The notes under the pieces: generated by a model | Databases searched by the model: none | What the model saw: the letters and a program-made list of their open reading frames with translations, nothing else | Told to the model about the DNA's origin: nothing | Assembly: GCA_030141605.1 (NCBI GenBank) | Contig: JAQGDQ010001475.1 | Coordinates: 1 to 38,944 of the forward strand | Length of the DNA stretch: 38,944 nt | Direction: 5' to 3' | From: Tubiluchus corallicola | Lineage: Eukaryota > Animalia > Priapulida | In this document: piece after piece, positions 36,876-38,944 of the stretch | Position numbering within the stretch: the stretch's first letter is position 1 | Layout: the number at the start of each line of letters is the position of its first letter | Translations under genes and position numbers: made by a program

Positions 36876-37511
36876 AAGCAACCACACAAGCAAACAAATA
36901 AGTAACCGCGCAAGCAGACAAACAAGCAAGTAAGCTCTATGTGTCCTTCTTACTTTAAATTTGAATAACTTGATTAAGTATAACTAATTTCCCTTCAAAT
37001 TCGTTTCATTATTTTTTCATTTTGATTAATTCATTATCAATGCAATTTTTTAACAATTAGCCTCAGTTTTTATTTTATCCACCTTGAAAATTTATGAAAT
37101 GGAACAAAGCAATAATCATTGGAATATAATTAGTTTCCTGTGTTTCCTCTCACAACTTTCACTTACAGAACATCACAGGAAATCTTGGAGTGTTTTTGTT
37201 TTGATTAGAATCAAATTTCCAATTAAAATCGTATCAAAGAGAGTCGCTCTTGGTTTTGCGCGTCGTTTAGTTTCATTTACAGCGCAGATTGGTAAATGCC
37301 GCAAAAATTGTCACATTTAATTAGAGACGAACGGAAACTTTTCAAGAGTATCAGATACTGATTTTATGCATAGTTTGTTGTACGTCTGTCTGTCTGTCCG
37401 TCTGGCTGCTGTATGTAATTAGACCTAAAGCACTGCAGAGTTATTTTAGTTTCTTTGCTAAGCAAAATCATTTGATATTTCGGTTAAACAACTGATTTTA
37501 TATAGACAGTA

Positions 37512-37524
37512 TCTCTCTCTCTCT

Positions 37525-37564
<40 letters not shown>

Positions 37565-37571
37565 CCTCTCC

Positions 37572-37620
<49 letters not shown>

Positions 37621-37652
37621 TCTCTCTCTTTCTCTCTCCCTTCTCTCTCTTT

Positions 37653-37694
<42 letters not shown>

Positions 37695-37722
37695 ACTCTT
37701 TCACTCTTCTTTGTCTCTCTTT

Positions 37723-37760
<38 letters not shown>

Positions 37761-37841
37761 ACTCTTCTTTGTCTCTCTTTCTCTTCTTTCTCTCTCTCTT
37801 TCTCTCTTCTCTGTCTCTCTCTTCCTTCTCTCTCTTTCTCT

Positions 37842-37872
<31 letters not shown>

Positions 37873-37975
37873 TTCTCTCTTCTCTCTCTCTCTTTCTCTA
37901 ATTTTAATAATAATGTTAATGATAATAACAATAACAATAACAATGATAATAATAATTGAAATAATAATAATAATT
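37512..37975. repeat. (CT)n followed by (AAT)n
   Basis: Directly visible. Confidence 0.95.
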
Positions 37976-38357
37976 TTTTACAATTTATTTTTTGTTAAAT
38001 TAAGTTAGTCCTGCTCCCACTCTTGTGTGGATTTTGTTTAAAATGTGCGTGAGCGCAACTTATTTATTTTTGTTTAGTTAAATTTCAGCGCATCAAAAAC
38101 TACTAAACACGCAATGAAAAGTTGCAATAATAAACACTAATGGCAAATGCAATTGGCAGAAACAAAACAGGTGCGCATTCTCACAAACAGCGCATATGTA
38201 AGCCACTTTGGCCATGTCTGAGAATGCGCTAATCTTGCTATGTCGTGTATTTGGCGTTTTCGCGGGCCTTTGGTCCACCGTTTAGAGTGAGGTACCAAAT
38301 GATTAGCGTTGCAGTTTCACTGGTATTAGTTCTTGCTGTAACGCATTAGAGTAAGCC

Positions 38358-38411
38358 ATCATTATCATCATCGTCATCATCGTCGTCATCATCACCACCA
38401 CCACCACCACC

Positions 38412-38465
<54 letters not shown>

Positions 38466-38528
38466 GTCGTCGTCATCATCACCACCACCACCACCATCAT
38501 CATCGTCGTCGTCATCATCACCACCACC

Positions 38529-38561
<33 letters not shown>

Positions 38562-38615
38562 GTCGTCGTCGTCGTCGTCGTCGTCACCACCACCACCATC
38601 ATCGTCGTCATCATC

Positions 38616-38649
<34 letters not shown>

Positions 38650-38944
38650 CATCATCATCATCATCATCGTCATCATCATCATCGTCGTCCTCATCATCGT
38701 CATCATCGTCATCATCATTATCATCATCACATCATCATCTTCATCATCATTATCGTCGTCGTCGTCGTCGTCGTCATCGTCATCATCATCATTATCATCA
38801 TCATCATCATCATCGTCATCATCATAATCATCATCACATCATCATCATCGTCGTCGTCGTCGTCGTCATCATCATCATCACCACCACCACCATCATCATC
38901 ATCACATCATCATCATCATCATCGTCATTATCATCACCACAACC
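38358..38944. repeat. (CAT/CAC/CGT)n trinucleotide tract to window end
   Basis: Directly visible. Confidence 0.95.

Noticed and set aside
34475-38650. SL/ER-repeat, THSL-repeat and poly-M/V/T ORFs
   Set aside because: Translations of (CT)n, (GAGT)n and (CAT/CAC)n microsatellites.

Overview
AT-rich, repeat-dense eukaryotic (animal, probably invertebrate) genomic DNA. No prokaryotic genes, CRISPR array, rRNA or tRNA are recognisable. The main host gene is a minus-strand spliced gene encoding two divergent SUEL/rhamnose-binding-lectin-type domains (exons 6836-7177 and 2651-3090). It is probably preceded by a hydrophobic exon (9212-9322) and possibly by a distant first coding exon (35789-35879). 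The rest is mostly mobile DNA. There is a full-length but decaying non-LTR retrotransposon (intact ORF1, APE-RT ORF2 with 4 lesions, about 21954-26600) embedded in (GACT)n next to a 5'-truncated sister copy and bracketed by two arrays of the same 42-bp satellite. There are also three solo LTRs with 5-bp TSDs, hAT and pogo/Tigger-type MITEs (some nested or carrying internal tandem arrays), several LINE 3'-end remnants with a shared stem-loop layout, and many microsatellites. Most ORFs in the supplied track are repeat artefacts. All family assignments are from motif recognition only; no searches were run.
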